Positions 35,953 to 43,854 of a stretch of DNA of 48,402 bases are shown here, piece by piece. Each line of letters opens with the position of its first letter. Positions within the stretch are counted from its first letter, which is position 1. Source of the stretch: Thermoplasmata archaeon. GTDB lineage: Archaea > Thermoplasmatota > Thermoplasmata > RBG-16-68-12. A model generated the notes under the pieces. It saw nothing but the letters and a program-made list of their open reading frames with translations, was not told the DNA's origin and did no database searches. The stretch is from the NCBI GenBank assembly GCA_035639595.1, contig DASQXV010000082.1, positions 1 to 48,402 of the forward strand, given 5' to 3'. The position numbers and the translations under genes were made by a program.

Positions 35953-36038
35953 CACTTGCTTTGGACAGTGCAGGCGATGGAATTGGCCTGTTCGTCGCAG
36001 CAATCCGCCACGACGATTCCCTGTTTACGATCCGGATA

Positions 36039-36458
36039 TCAGTGCGTGTGCGCGTGCCCGTGGCCGTGATGGCCCTCGTTCGCGTCGGGCGCCGCTTCGC
36101 CCTTCGGATTGAAGCTCTGGCCGCAGCCGCAGGTGGACCAGTTGTTCGGATTGCTGACGAGGAACCCGCTCCCCGCGACGCTCTCCGCGTAGTCCACGCT
36201 TGAACCGTCGAGGTACTCCTTGCTGTTTGCGTCGATGAGGACCTTAAGCCCGTGGACTTGGACGACCTCGTCGCCTTCCTGGACGTTCCGGTCCAGGGCG
36301 AGTCCGTACCGGAATCCCGAGCAGCCGCCGCCTGCGACGTACATGCGGAGGTAGGTGTCCTCCGGGGTCCCCAGGGGCTTGCCCGTCTCCGGGTCGTTCC
36401 TCTGGATGAGCTCCTTCACCTTGCTCGCAGCGGTCTCGGTCAGGGTAACCTGAATCAT
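36039..36458 (-). CDS. iron-sulfur cluster assembly accessory protein (IscA/HesB/ErpA type) with His-rich tail
   Basis: GGGCSGFRY and the C-terminal CGCGQSF cysteine motifs, followed by EGHHGHGHAHTH. Confidence 0.9.
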   Translation of the reverse strand: MIQVTLTETAASKVKELIQRNDPETGKPLGTPEDTYLRMYVAGGGCSGFRYGLALDRNVQEGDEVVQVHGLKVLIDANSKEYLDGSSVDYAESVAGSGFLVSNPNNWSTCGCGQSFNPKGEAAPDANEGHHGHGHAHTH

Positions 36459-36545
36459 GGTCTTCCCCGCGGTCTGTTTACACCATGACGCCGCTATTTA
36501 ACCCTTCGGACACGGTTCCGGCGACCCCGATTCGAACCCGCAGGC

Positions 36546-37004
36546 TCAGTCCAACCGCATCCCCATGTACCGCCGTTCAGACCGGAATCCGAGGGTCTCG
36601 TACACATGCCGGGCGCGTGCGTTGCCCTCCCCGACCTCGAGCTTGATCTTGTGGTGCCCGCGGGAGCGCGCCCACTCGCAGGCCCATTCGACGAGGGCCT
36701 TGCCAATCCCCTTGCCGCGGAAGTCCGGCGCGACCCAGATGTCGTACACGAAGGCGTGGGTCTCCGGGGTCAGGAAGCCGCTCTCCCCGAGGATCAGGTA
36801 GCCGAGGAACTCGCCGGCAGGGCCTTCCGCCACCCACCGTTCTGTGCGGTCCCCCTCGACGAAGGACTCGATCTTCCTGCGGAAGTGGCGCTCCCACGCG
36901 GCCCGGTCCAGCTGCCCCCGCTCGTCCGGCGGGAGGTCGTCCCAGACCGTCTGCAGGGTCGCCCGCCACATGATGGGCAGGTCCCCCCGCCGGGCCCGAC
37001 GCAT
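36546..37004 (-). CDS. GNAT family N-acetyltransferase
   Basis: ATG 37004. VAPDFRGKGIGKALVEWACEWAR acetyl-CoA binding motif (R/Q-x-x-G-x-G/A). Confidence 0.85.
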   Translation of the reverse strand: MRRARRGDLPIMWRATLQTVWDDLPPDERGQLDRAAWERHFRRKIESFVEGDRTERWVAEGPAGEFLGYLILGESGFLTPETHAFVYDIWVAPDFRGKGIGKALVEWACEWARSRGHHKIKLEVGEGNARARHVYETLGFRSERRYMGMRLD

Positions 37005-37094
37005 CCGGAGTTCCGCGATCCCACCGTCGCGGCCACCGATTCCCCAGCCGATGAAGGTGTCGGCCTCGCCGGCCCCCGGACGATTGTCCAATCC

Positions 37095-39791
37095 ATGAAT
37101 CGTTTCCCACAATTTATATTGGCCACCTCCCCTCCATTCCGCGTGATCCCCTCCCGGTGCGTCCGATGCGGCTCCGCGAGCCGGGATTTCCTGTGCCCGT
37201 CCTGCGTCGACTACCTGATCGCATACCACCCGCTCTGGCTCAACCCGGCCCTGCTGCCCGGCCCCTCCCTCCTCGACTGGGTCGCCCCGCGGGAGTCCCC
37301 CCTCCTTTCCGTCGATCTGGGGACCGTGGAGTGGACGGCCCTCCGATCGGAGCCGACCTCGGACGACGCCGCCAGGCTCGTCCGCCTCCTCGGCCTCGAC
37401 GAAGGCGAGCACCCGATCCTGAGCGTGGGAGACGCGGAGGTCCTCCACGGATTCCTCCGCGAGGCCCGTCGGTCGATGCCGTCGGATCCGGAGGCCCGGC
37501 AGGCCCTCGCGGCGACCTATCGATACCTCTCGACGTGCGGCTGGCTGCCCTCCCACCTGGCGTCCGAGTACCGGCTGCGAGCCAATCTCCTCGGTCCTGC
37601 GGGGTCCGAGCCCGAGACCGCGGCCGCGGCTGCACCCGAACCCCCGGTCCCCGAGGTTGTCGAGCCCGCTCCCGTTCCGCCCGCGCCGGGCCCGATCCAA
37701 GCCGAGCCGGCTCCGACCTCAGTGGACGAGGAACCGTCCGAGCCTCCGGCCGAACTCCCCGAGGCCGAAACGGATCTCGAGGACCTCGGCTTCGGTGAGG
37801 AAGGGATCGATCTCCCGGCTCCGGAGCCCTTTCCGCCGGAGCCCCTCCCCGGGCCGGAGCCGCCCCTCCCGATGCCGGAGCCGGTGCCGGGTCCCCAGCC
37901 GGAGCCCGAGCCTGAGCCGGAGCCCGAGGAGGACATCGACGAAGAGCGATGGCTCGAACTCGAGGCGATGAAGACCGCCCTCGAGCGGGAACGCGCGGAG
38001 CTGGAGTCCGCCTCCCACCTGAGGGCCGAGGCGATCCGGGCGAAGGAGAGCTCCCTCGAGCAACGGGAGCGGTCGATCGCGGCGAAGGAGCGGGAGGTGA
38101 TCGCGCAGGCCCAGGCCGCGACGGAGCGGCTGATCGCCCTCGAGAAAGATCAGGCCCGCCTCCAGGTCCTGCGATTCCTCGGGACAGTCCCGGGGATGGC
38201 GGAAGCCCAAGCGGACGTGATCGCGAGTGCGTTCCCGGACATGGCGTCCCTCCAGGCCGCGGACGCGAAGGCCCTGACCCAATGCCACGGCGTCACGGAG
38301 GCCCTCGCCCGCGCGGTCCGCTACGAGCTCGTGCCCGGGGAGGTCGAGGAGGAGCAGCACGCGATCCGCATCCGGGAGGAGGCCCAGGCCTTCCTCGAGG
38401 AAGGGGCCTACCAGGCCGCCCTGGACTGCTACGACCGGCTCCTGCGCGAGCGGCCCGAAGAGATCGGCCTCTGGTTCGACCGGGCTTCCGTCCTCGCGCT
38501 CCTGGACCGCCCCGCCGAGGCCCTGGATTGCTATCAAAAGGTCGTGGACCGGGAGCCGAACCATCGCCAGGCGTGGTTCGAGCGGGCGAACCTCCTGTTC
38601 GGACTCGGACGGCTTTCGGAGGCGATCGACTCGCTCCGCGAAGTCCTGCGGATCGCGCCGACGAAGACGGCGGACATCGCCCTGAAGGCGGAGCAACTTC
38701 GGCGTGACGGTCACCCGCACGAGGCCGCGATCCTCTACCAGGCGATCGTCGACGCGAACCCGGGGGACACGAGGTCCACCCTCGGGCTCGGGGATTCCCT
38801 GCTGAACCTCGGGGACGCGGAGGCCGCGGAAGCCCTGTTCTCCCGGGCCCTGGGGAAGAACCCGCAGAACGCGCCGATCCTCTTCCGCAAAGGGGAGTTG
38901 CTCGATCGGAAGGGCCGCTGGGGCGCCGCGATCCAGTACTACAATCGCGCGATCGCGCTCCAGTGGAACTTCCTGAGCCCATGGATCGCGAAGGGGTCGA
39001 TCCTCCTCGACCACAACCGCGCGCCGGAAGCCCTGGAGTGCTTCGAGAAAGTCCTCTCCTTCGATCCGAAGAACGTCGAGGCGTGGGCCGGAAAGGCCCG
39101 GGCCCACGCGGCCCTGGGTGACGTGGAGGCCGCCGCGAAGGCCCTCGAGCAGGCCTTGAGACAGGATCCGCAAAGCCGCTCGGTCGGGCGCGCGAGGGAG
39201 GCGGTTCAAGGGATGCCGCTCGCGCCCGCGCCTCCCGCGGCGCCGCCCGCGGCAGTGTCGCGGAAGCCCGTGAAGGAGCAGCGGGAAGAGAGTTTGGAAG
39301 AGCCTGTGGTGGGGGAGCGTTCGGAAGGGGCAAAGGAATCCACAGAAGACTGGACCGTCGAGCCGCCCGCGGCGGAGACCCCGCCCGATTTCAAGTCCCT
39401 CATCGAGGCGTTCGAGGAGATCGAGGAGGAGTCCCGCGAGGAAACCGAGCCCCCTCGGGATGGGCCCGCGCTGGGGGCGGACTTCCACAGCTTTGTGGAG
39501 TCCATCGAGCCCGACCAGGAGGACGTCCAGGTCCTGGTGCAGCTCGCGGAGCTGGCCCTCGAGGGCGGGGACCCGTCCATGGCCCTCGTCCGGTATGAGC
39601 AAGCCCTCCAGAAGGGGGAACGCAACGCGGATGCTTGGACGGGAAAGGGCATCGCGCTCCAGCAATTGGAACGGTACCGGGAGGCCCTCGAGGCGTACGA
39701 CCGCGCCCTCTCCCTCCGGCGGGACCACGAACTCGCCAAGAAGTGGCGGGCGACCGTCGTCCGCCACCTGGAGTCGGAGGGGACCCGATGA
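37095..39791 (+). CDS. Zn-ribbon / coiled-coil / helix-hairpin-helix / TPR repeat protein
   Basis: In-frame ATG 37095. GTG 37143 lies 23 nt after TTTATATT (37113-37120) and is my preferred leaderless start. CVRCGSASRDFLCPSC zinc ribbon, P/E-rich linker, heptad region, FLGTVPGMAEAQADVIASAF...CHGVTEALARAV HhH-like pair, many TPR-like A..AL..Y...L...P repeats. Confidence 0.8.
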   Translation: MNRFPQFILATSPPFRVIPSRCVRCGSASRDFLCPSCVDYLIAYHPLWLNPALLPGPSLLDWVAPRESPLLSVDLGTVEWTALRSEPTSDDAARLVRLLGLDEGEHPILSVGDAEVLHGFLREARRSMPSDPEARQALAATYRYLSTCGWLPSHLASEYRLRANLLGPAGSEPETAAAAAPEPPVPEVVEPAPVPPAPGPIQAEPAPTSVDEEPSEPPAELPEAETDLEDLGFGEEGIDLPAPEPFPPEPLPGPEPPLPMPEPVPGPQPEPEPEPEPEEDIDEERWLELEAMKTALERERAELESASHLRAEAIRAKESSLEQRERSIAAKEREVIAQAQAATERLIALEKDQARLQVLRFLGTVPGMAEAQADVIASAFPDMASLQAADAKALTQCHGVTEALARAVRYELVPGEVEEEQHAIRIREEAQAFLEEGAYQAALDCYDRLLRERPEEIGLWFDRASVLALLDRPAEALDCYQKVVDREPNHRQAWFERANLLFGLGRLSEAIDSLREVLRIAPTKTADIALKAEQLRRDGHPHEAAILYQAIVDANPGDTRSTLGLGDSLLNLGDAEAAEALFSRALGKNPQNAPILFRKGELLDRKGRWGAAIQYYNRAIALQWNFLSPWIAKGSILLDHNRAPEALECFEKVLSFDPKNVEAWAGKARAHAALGDVEAAAKALEQALRQDPQSRSVGRAREAVQGMPLAPAPPAAPPAAVSRKPVKEQREESLEEPVVGERSEGAKESTEDWTVEPPAAETPPDFKSLIEAFEEIEEESREETEPPRDGPALGADFHSFVESIEPDQEDVQVLVQLAELALEGGDPSMALVRYEQALQKGERNADAWTGKGIALQQLERYREALEAYDRALSLRRDHELAKKWRATVVRHLESEGTR
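37113..37120 (+). promoter_or_regulatory. TATA-box candidate for the TPR operon
   Basis: TTTATATT inside AATTTATATTGG. GTG 37143 lies 23 nt downstream of its end. Confidence 0.45.
37593..37946 (+). repeat. low-complexity Pro/Glu-rich coding tract
   Basis: 118 codons dominated by P, E and A, ending in PEPEPEPEPEPEE, encoded by CCGGAG/CCCGAG-type hexanucleotide iterations. Confidence 0.8.
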
Positions 39792-40705
39792 CCCTGTCCC
39801 CGGACGTCACGCACCGCTTCCTCCCGAGCGTGGACCGCCTTGAAGGCGCGATGCGGGCCGCCCGCCGCGCGCTCGAAAGGGGAGACCTCGAAGGCGCCCT
39901 CCGGGAGAACGACGCCGCGATCCAGTTGAAGCCGGAATACGACGCGGCGTGGCTCCTGCGGGCCCACATCTTCCGGAGGGACGGCAACATCCCCGGCGCG
40001 ATCGAGGCATTCGCCGCCGCCCTCAAGAGGAACGGGGAATCGGAGGAAGGCTGGCTCGGGCTCGCCTCGGCCCTGCACGATGTCGGGCGGTTCGTCGAGG
40101 AGGTCGAGGCGTACGATCGCCTCCTGGAACTCCACCCCCAGTCCGTGGAGGCTTGGATCAACAAGGGCGCCCTCCTCCACGAGCGCCAGGATTACCGCGG
40201 CGCGATCTCGTGCTACGACAAGGTCCTCGCGATGCGGCCGGAGCACGCGGGCGCCTGGAACAACAAGGGGGCCGCCCTCCTGCGCCTCGGGGACGAGGCG
40301 GGCGCCGCCCGATGCATCGAGGAAGCCCTCCTCCTGAATCCGGATTTCTACGACGCCCTGGCGAACCGCGCGGTCCTCGCGCGGAGGGCGAAGCGGCCCG
40401 GCGAGGCCGTCCTCTGGGCGGACCGCGCCCTTCGGATCCAGGAGGCCTCCTGGCTCTGGGTCGCGAAAGGGCAGGCCCATCTCGACCTCCAAGAGGCGAC
40501 CCTGGCCATGAAAGCCTTCGAGCGAGCCCTGGCGCTCGATCCCCGATCGCGGGCCGCCCGCGAGGGACTCGAGAGGGCGAAGGCGCAGCGGTCGAAACGG
40601 GACTTCTTTCGCGGCGTGTACGAGTGCTTCGGGACCTACCTCGCGGGAGACCCCGGCTGCGCGGAATGTGAGATCCGCATGCGGTGCACCCAGGTGAGCC
40701 CATGA
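39788..40705 (+). CDS. TPR repeat protein with C-terminal Cys4 motif
   Basis: ATG 39788 overlaps the upstream stop (ATGA). Seven or so TPR units. Ends in CFGTYLAGDPGCAECEIRMRC. Confidence 0.8.
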   Translation: MTLSPDVTHRFLPSVDRLEGAMRAARRALERGDLEGALRENDAAIQLKPEYDAAWLLRAHIFRRDGNIPGAIEAFAAALKRNGESEEGWLGLASALHDVGRFVEEVEAYDRLLELHPQSVEAWINKGALLHERQDYRGAISCYDKVLAMRPEHAGAWNNKGAALLRLGDEAGAARCIEEALLLNPDFYDALANRAVLARRAKRPGEAVLWADRALRIQEASWLWVAKGQAHLDLQEATLAMKAFERALALDPRSRAAREGLERAKAQRSKRDFFRGVYECFGTYLAGDPGCAECEIRMRCTQVSP

Positions 40706-41811
40706 GCGGACCGTCCCTGGCCGAAGTCGAGCACGCGGACTGGCCCTCTCTCCAACGGATGTGTTCGGACCTCGGGCTCAATCCGAAGGGCCGCAGCGCG
40801 GTCGTCCGGATGCGGGTGGCGGACCACGTCCGGCGGCGGTCCGCGCCCCCTCGGTGGCGGTCGACGCGGGAGCATCAGGCCGCTCTGCTACTGCGCCTCC
40901 ACCATCCGGACCTCGCGGAGCGGGCCTGGGAGTCGACCATCCAGCTCGACGCGCCCGCCCCCTGGGTCGGCCTCGGCCACGCGCAGCTCTCGGGCGGTCT
41001 CCTCCCGGAAGCCGCGAAGTCCTTCACCCGCGCGGCCGCGATGGGCGATCCGTCGGCGGACCTGCATCGCGCGGAGGTCCTCGCCGCGGGCGGCCATTTC
41101 GAGGGGGCCGGTCAGGCCTGCGAACGGTATCTCGCGGCTCACCCAGGCGATCTCCGCGGCTTGCTCTTGCAGGCGTCGTTCCTGAGACGAGCGGGCTTCG
41201 ACGCGGAGTCGGTCCGGGTCTTGCGGACGTCGGTGGATCTCCATCCGGACGTGCCCGGCATAGATCGGATGCTCGGCCGATCCCTCCTTCGGGCGGGTCA
41301 GCCCGCGGCCGCCGCGGAGGCTTTCGGCGAGGCCGTCCGAAAGGATCCCCACGATATCGCGGCCCTCGCGGACCAAGGAGCCGCCCTCCTCCTCGCGGGT
41401 CGGACGCGAGAGGCGATCGGCGTCCTCCGTGAAGCCCTTCGGCTCGATCCCCACCGGGCGGATGCGCTGAACAACCTCGGCGTCGCGTACCTCGCGATGG
41501 GCAATCATCGGTCGGCGTGCACGAACCTGGAGCGGGCCGCGAAGCAGGTCGAATCGGCGAGGATCCTTCTGAATCTCGGCAAAGCCTTGGAGGGCCTGGG
41601 AAAGACGGTGGGCGCGATGCGGGCCTACGAACAGGTCCTACGCATGCGTCCCGAAGATCCGGAGGCGATCGCGGGTCGCGAGCGACTCGCCCCCGGGGAG
41701 GAAAGGGGGTCGGGGAAACCCGCGAAACGCGCGAGACGGCCCGCCCGAAGGCGGAAGAAATCGGATCGCTCGCCGCCCGAGGCCCCGCCCACGGCTCCCG
41801 GGACGCCGTAG
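40702..41811 (+). CDS. SAP/HeH-like motif + TPR repeat protein with basic tail
   Basis: ATG 40702 overlaps the upstream stop (ATGA). WPSLQRMCSDLGLNPKGRSAVVRMRVADHV, TPR units, C-terminal KPAKRARRPARRRKK. Confidence 0.8.
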   Translation: MSGPSLAEVEHADWPSLQRMCSDLGLNPKGRSAVVRMRVADHVRRRSAPPRWRSTREHQAALLLRLHHPDLAERAWESTIQLDAPAPWVGLGHAQLSGGLLPEAAKSFTRAAAMGDPSADLHRAEVLAAGGHFEGAGQACERYLAAHPGDLRGLLLQASFLRRAGFDAESVRVLRTSVDLHPDVPGIDRMLGRSLLRAGQPAAAAEAFGEAVRKDPHDIAALADQGAALLLAGRTREAIGVLREALRLDPHRADALNNLGVAYLAMGNHRSACTNLERAAKQVESARILLNLGKALEGLGKTVGAMRAYEQVLRMRPEDPEAIAGRERLAPGEERGSGKPAKRARRPARRRKKSDRSPPEAPPTAPGTP

Positions 41812-41871
41812 CTTCATCGGATCCCGCGGCAGCCCAGAAGCCTCATTATCCGGGGTTCCATCGATGCATGG

Positions 41872-42534
41872 ATGGCGATCCGCCCGACGGATTGGGAGGG
41901 CGTCTCCACGGAAGGGCCGTGGCTTCTCACCCGGAATCTCGTGCCCGGCGTCTCGGTCTATGGAGAAGGCCGGCCCGTCGAGGGCGGCCCCGAATACCGC
42001 CGCTGGGACGCGAACCGGAGCAAGCTGGCGGCGTACCTGAAGTGCGGCGGCCGCGTGTGGCCTTTCCACGAGGACACGTCGGTCCTCTACTTGGGCGCGG
42101 GCAGCGGGACGACGGTGAGTCACCTCTCCGACGTGTGCGCGCGCGGGACGATTGCCGCAGTCGAGATCTCTCCACGGTCCTTCCGAGACTTGTTGAAACT
42201 GGCGGAGGCGCGGCCGAACGTCCTCCCGATCCTGGGCGACGCCGCCCGCCCAGAGGGCTACGGCAGCCGGGTGGGTCCCGTATCCGTCCTGTATCAGGAC
42301 GTCGCCCAGCGGGAGCAAGCGGAAATCTTCCGAAGGAACCTCGAGTGGCTTCGGCGTGGCGGGGTGGGCTTCCTCATGGTCAAGGCCCGATCCGAAGACG
42401 TCGCGGCGAAACCCGCGGACGTCTATGCGGCCGCAAAAGGCAAGCTCGCGAGCACGGGCCTGGACGTCCTCGACGTTCGTCCCCTCACGCCGTATCAGAC
42501 GGACCACGCGGCCATCGTCGTGAAGAAGTCATAG
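41872..42534 (+). CDS. flpA: fibrillarin-like rRNA/tRNA 2'-O-methyltransferase
   Basis: YRRWDANRSKLAAYL, VLYLGAGSGTTVSHLSDV, LYQDVAQREQAEI, FLMVKARSEDV: canonical archaeal fibrillarin. TATA-like TCATTATC sits 22-29 nt upstream of the ATG. Confidence 0.95.
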   Translation: MAIRPTDWEGVSTEGPWLLTRNLVPGVSVYGEGRPVEGGPEYRRWDANRSKLAAYLKCGGRVWPFHEDTSVLYLGAGSGTTVSHLSDVCARGTIAAVEISPRSFRDLLKLAEARPNVLPILGDAARPEGYGSRVGPVSVLYQDVAQREQAEIFRRNLEWLRRGGVGFLMVKARSEDVAAKPADVYAAAKGKLASTGLDVLDVRPLTPYQTDHAAIVVKKS

Positions 42535-42565
42535 CATCATCCCGGCACGCGAGGTTCCGCTCGGC

Positions 42566-43351
42566 GTGTCTCGGGCCCCTAGCACGATGTACGAACGGTG
42601 GGCACGATACTACGATGCACTCTATCATGGGGTCGTTGACTACGAGGGCGACGTCGATTTCCTCGAAGCGGTTTTTCGGCGATACCGCGCGACGCCGAAG
42701 CGCATCCTCGATCTCGGCTGCGGCACCGGCAACCACGACCTCCAACTCGCGGGCCGAGGGTATGACGTGACCGGCATCGATCGGTCCCCGCGCATGCTCT
42801 CGTTTGCCCGGAAGAAGGCGACTGGGATGAGGCATCCGCCCCGCTTCGTCCGAGCAGAAATGCAGTCCTTCCGCCTCGGATACCAATCCGACGCGGCAAT
42901 CTGCATGTTCGGCGGTTTCGGCTACTTGGTCCGTCGGTCCGAAGCGCTCCGATGCCTCCGCACCCTCCACGAACATCTCGTCCCCCGAGGCTTGTTCGTC
43001 TTTGAATATTGGCAAACGAGCGGGGTGCGCCCCGGTACCCAGTCGTGGCTGGATCGGTCGGACGCCGGGTTCGAAATCCTCCGCCTCTCGGAGGGGACGT
43101 TCGACCGAGTCCGGTCTCTCCTCGCGATCGATTTCTCTTTTCTCGTGCTCGAGGGCCGCAAGCTCGTGGAACGATTCACGGAACGCCATGTGATCCGAAC
43201 CTATGCGCGGTCGCAGTTGGGATCCCTCCTTCGGGAGTCGGGGTTCTCGCGGGTGGGCGAGTTCGCGGGGACCCCCGGTCGAAAACGTTTCTCTCCGGTC
43301 ACAGCCGGCGTGTTCCGCATCATGGCCGTCGCGCGTCGAAGCGAATCTTAA
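42566..43351 (+). CDS. class I SAM-dependent methyltransferase
   Basis: ILDLGCGTGNHDLQLAGRGYDVTGIDRSPRML (motif I plus the acidic post-I residue). GTG 42566 or ATG 42587 start. Confidence 0.85.
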   Translation: MSRAPSTMYERWARYYDALYHGVVDYEGDVDFLEAVFRRYRATPKRILDLGCGTGNHDLQLAGRGYDVTGIDRSPRMLSFARKKATGMRHPPRFVRAEMQSFRLGYQSDAAICMFGGFGYLVRRSEALRCLRTLHEHLVPRGLFVFEYWQTSGVRPGTQSWLDRSDAGFEILRLSEGTFDRVRSLLAIDFSFLVLEGRKLVERFTERHVIRTYARSQLGSLLRESGFSRVGEFAGTPGRKRFSPVTAGVFRIMAVARRSES

Positions 43352-43390
43352 ATACGTCCCCGCGGTATGCGAAGGCCCTTCGAGGAAACC

Positions 43391-43846
43391 ATGGCCCGCC
43401 TCCATGCACACCGCAAGGGCAAGAGCGGTTCGACCCGCCCCTTCCTCAAGGCCAACCCGAAGTGGGTCACGGCCGAGAAGGGGGAGCTGGAGGACACGAT
43501 CCTGCGTCTCCATCAGGAGGGGCTGTCAGCCGCGGCGATTGGCGTCCGCGTCCGGGACGGGCTCGGGGTGCCGAGCGTCCGCCTCGCGACGGGCCGCAGC
43601 GTGACCCAGATCCTGAAGTCGAAAGGCGCGAAGATCGCGATCCCGGACGACCTCGCGGGCCTGATCAAGAGGGCGACGAACCTCCAGACCCACCTCAAGG
43701 AACATGGGAAGGACCTGAGCAACAAGAGGGGCCTGCAGCTCATCGAGTCGAAGATTCGCAGGCTTTCGCGGTACTACAAGGACCGCGGGATCCTCCCCAA
43801 GAGCTGGGACTACGCCTCGAAGGAATCGGAGCTCCAAGTGAAGTAG
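43391..43846 (+). CDS. rps15: 30S ribosomal protein S15 (archaeal uS15)
   Basis: MARLHAHRKGKSGSTRP...IPDDLAGLIKRATNLQTHLKEHGKDLSNKRGLQLIESKIRRLSRYY matches archaeal S15P over its full length. Confidence 0.95.
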   Translation: MARLHAHRKGKSGSTRPFLKANPKWVTAEKGELEDTILRLHQEGLSAAAIGVRVRDGLGVPSVRLATGRSVTQILKSKGAKIAIPDDLAGLIKRATNLQTHLKEHGKDLSNKRGLQLIESKIRRLSRYYKDRGILPKSWDYASKESELQVK

Positions 43847-43854
43847 GTGGCCCG

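Noticed and set aside
36525-36540. tRNA-like TTCGAA (T-loop-like) string ccccgattcgaacccg between the iscA-type and GNAT genes
   Set aside because: The flanking bases do not form a T-stem on either strand, and no acceptor or anticodon arms can be drawn. Not a tRNA or tRNA fragment that I can support.
37719-39767. 682-aa minus-strand ORF antisense to the first TPR gene
   Set aside because: It is Arg/Gly/Pro/Leu-dominated low-complexity sequence, while the opposite strand has clear TPR, HhH and coiled-coil periodicity. A shadow ORF.
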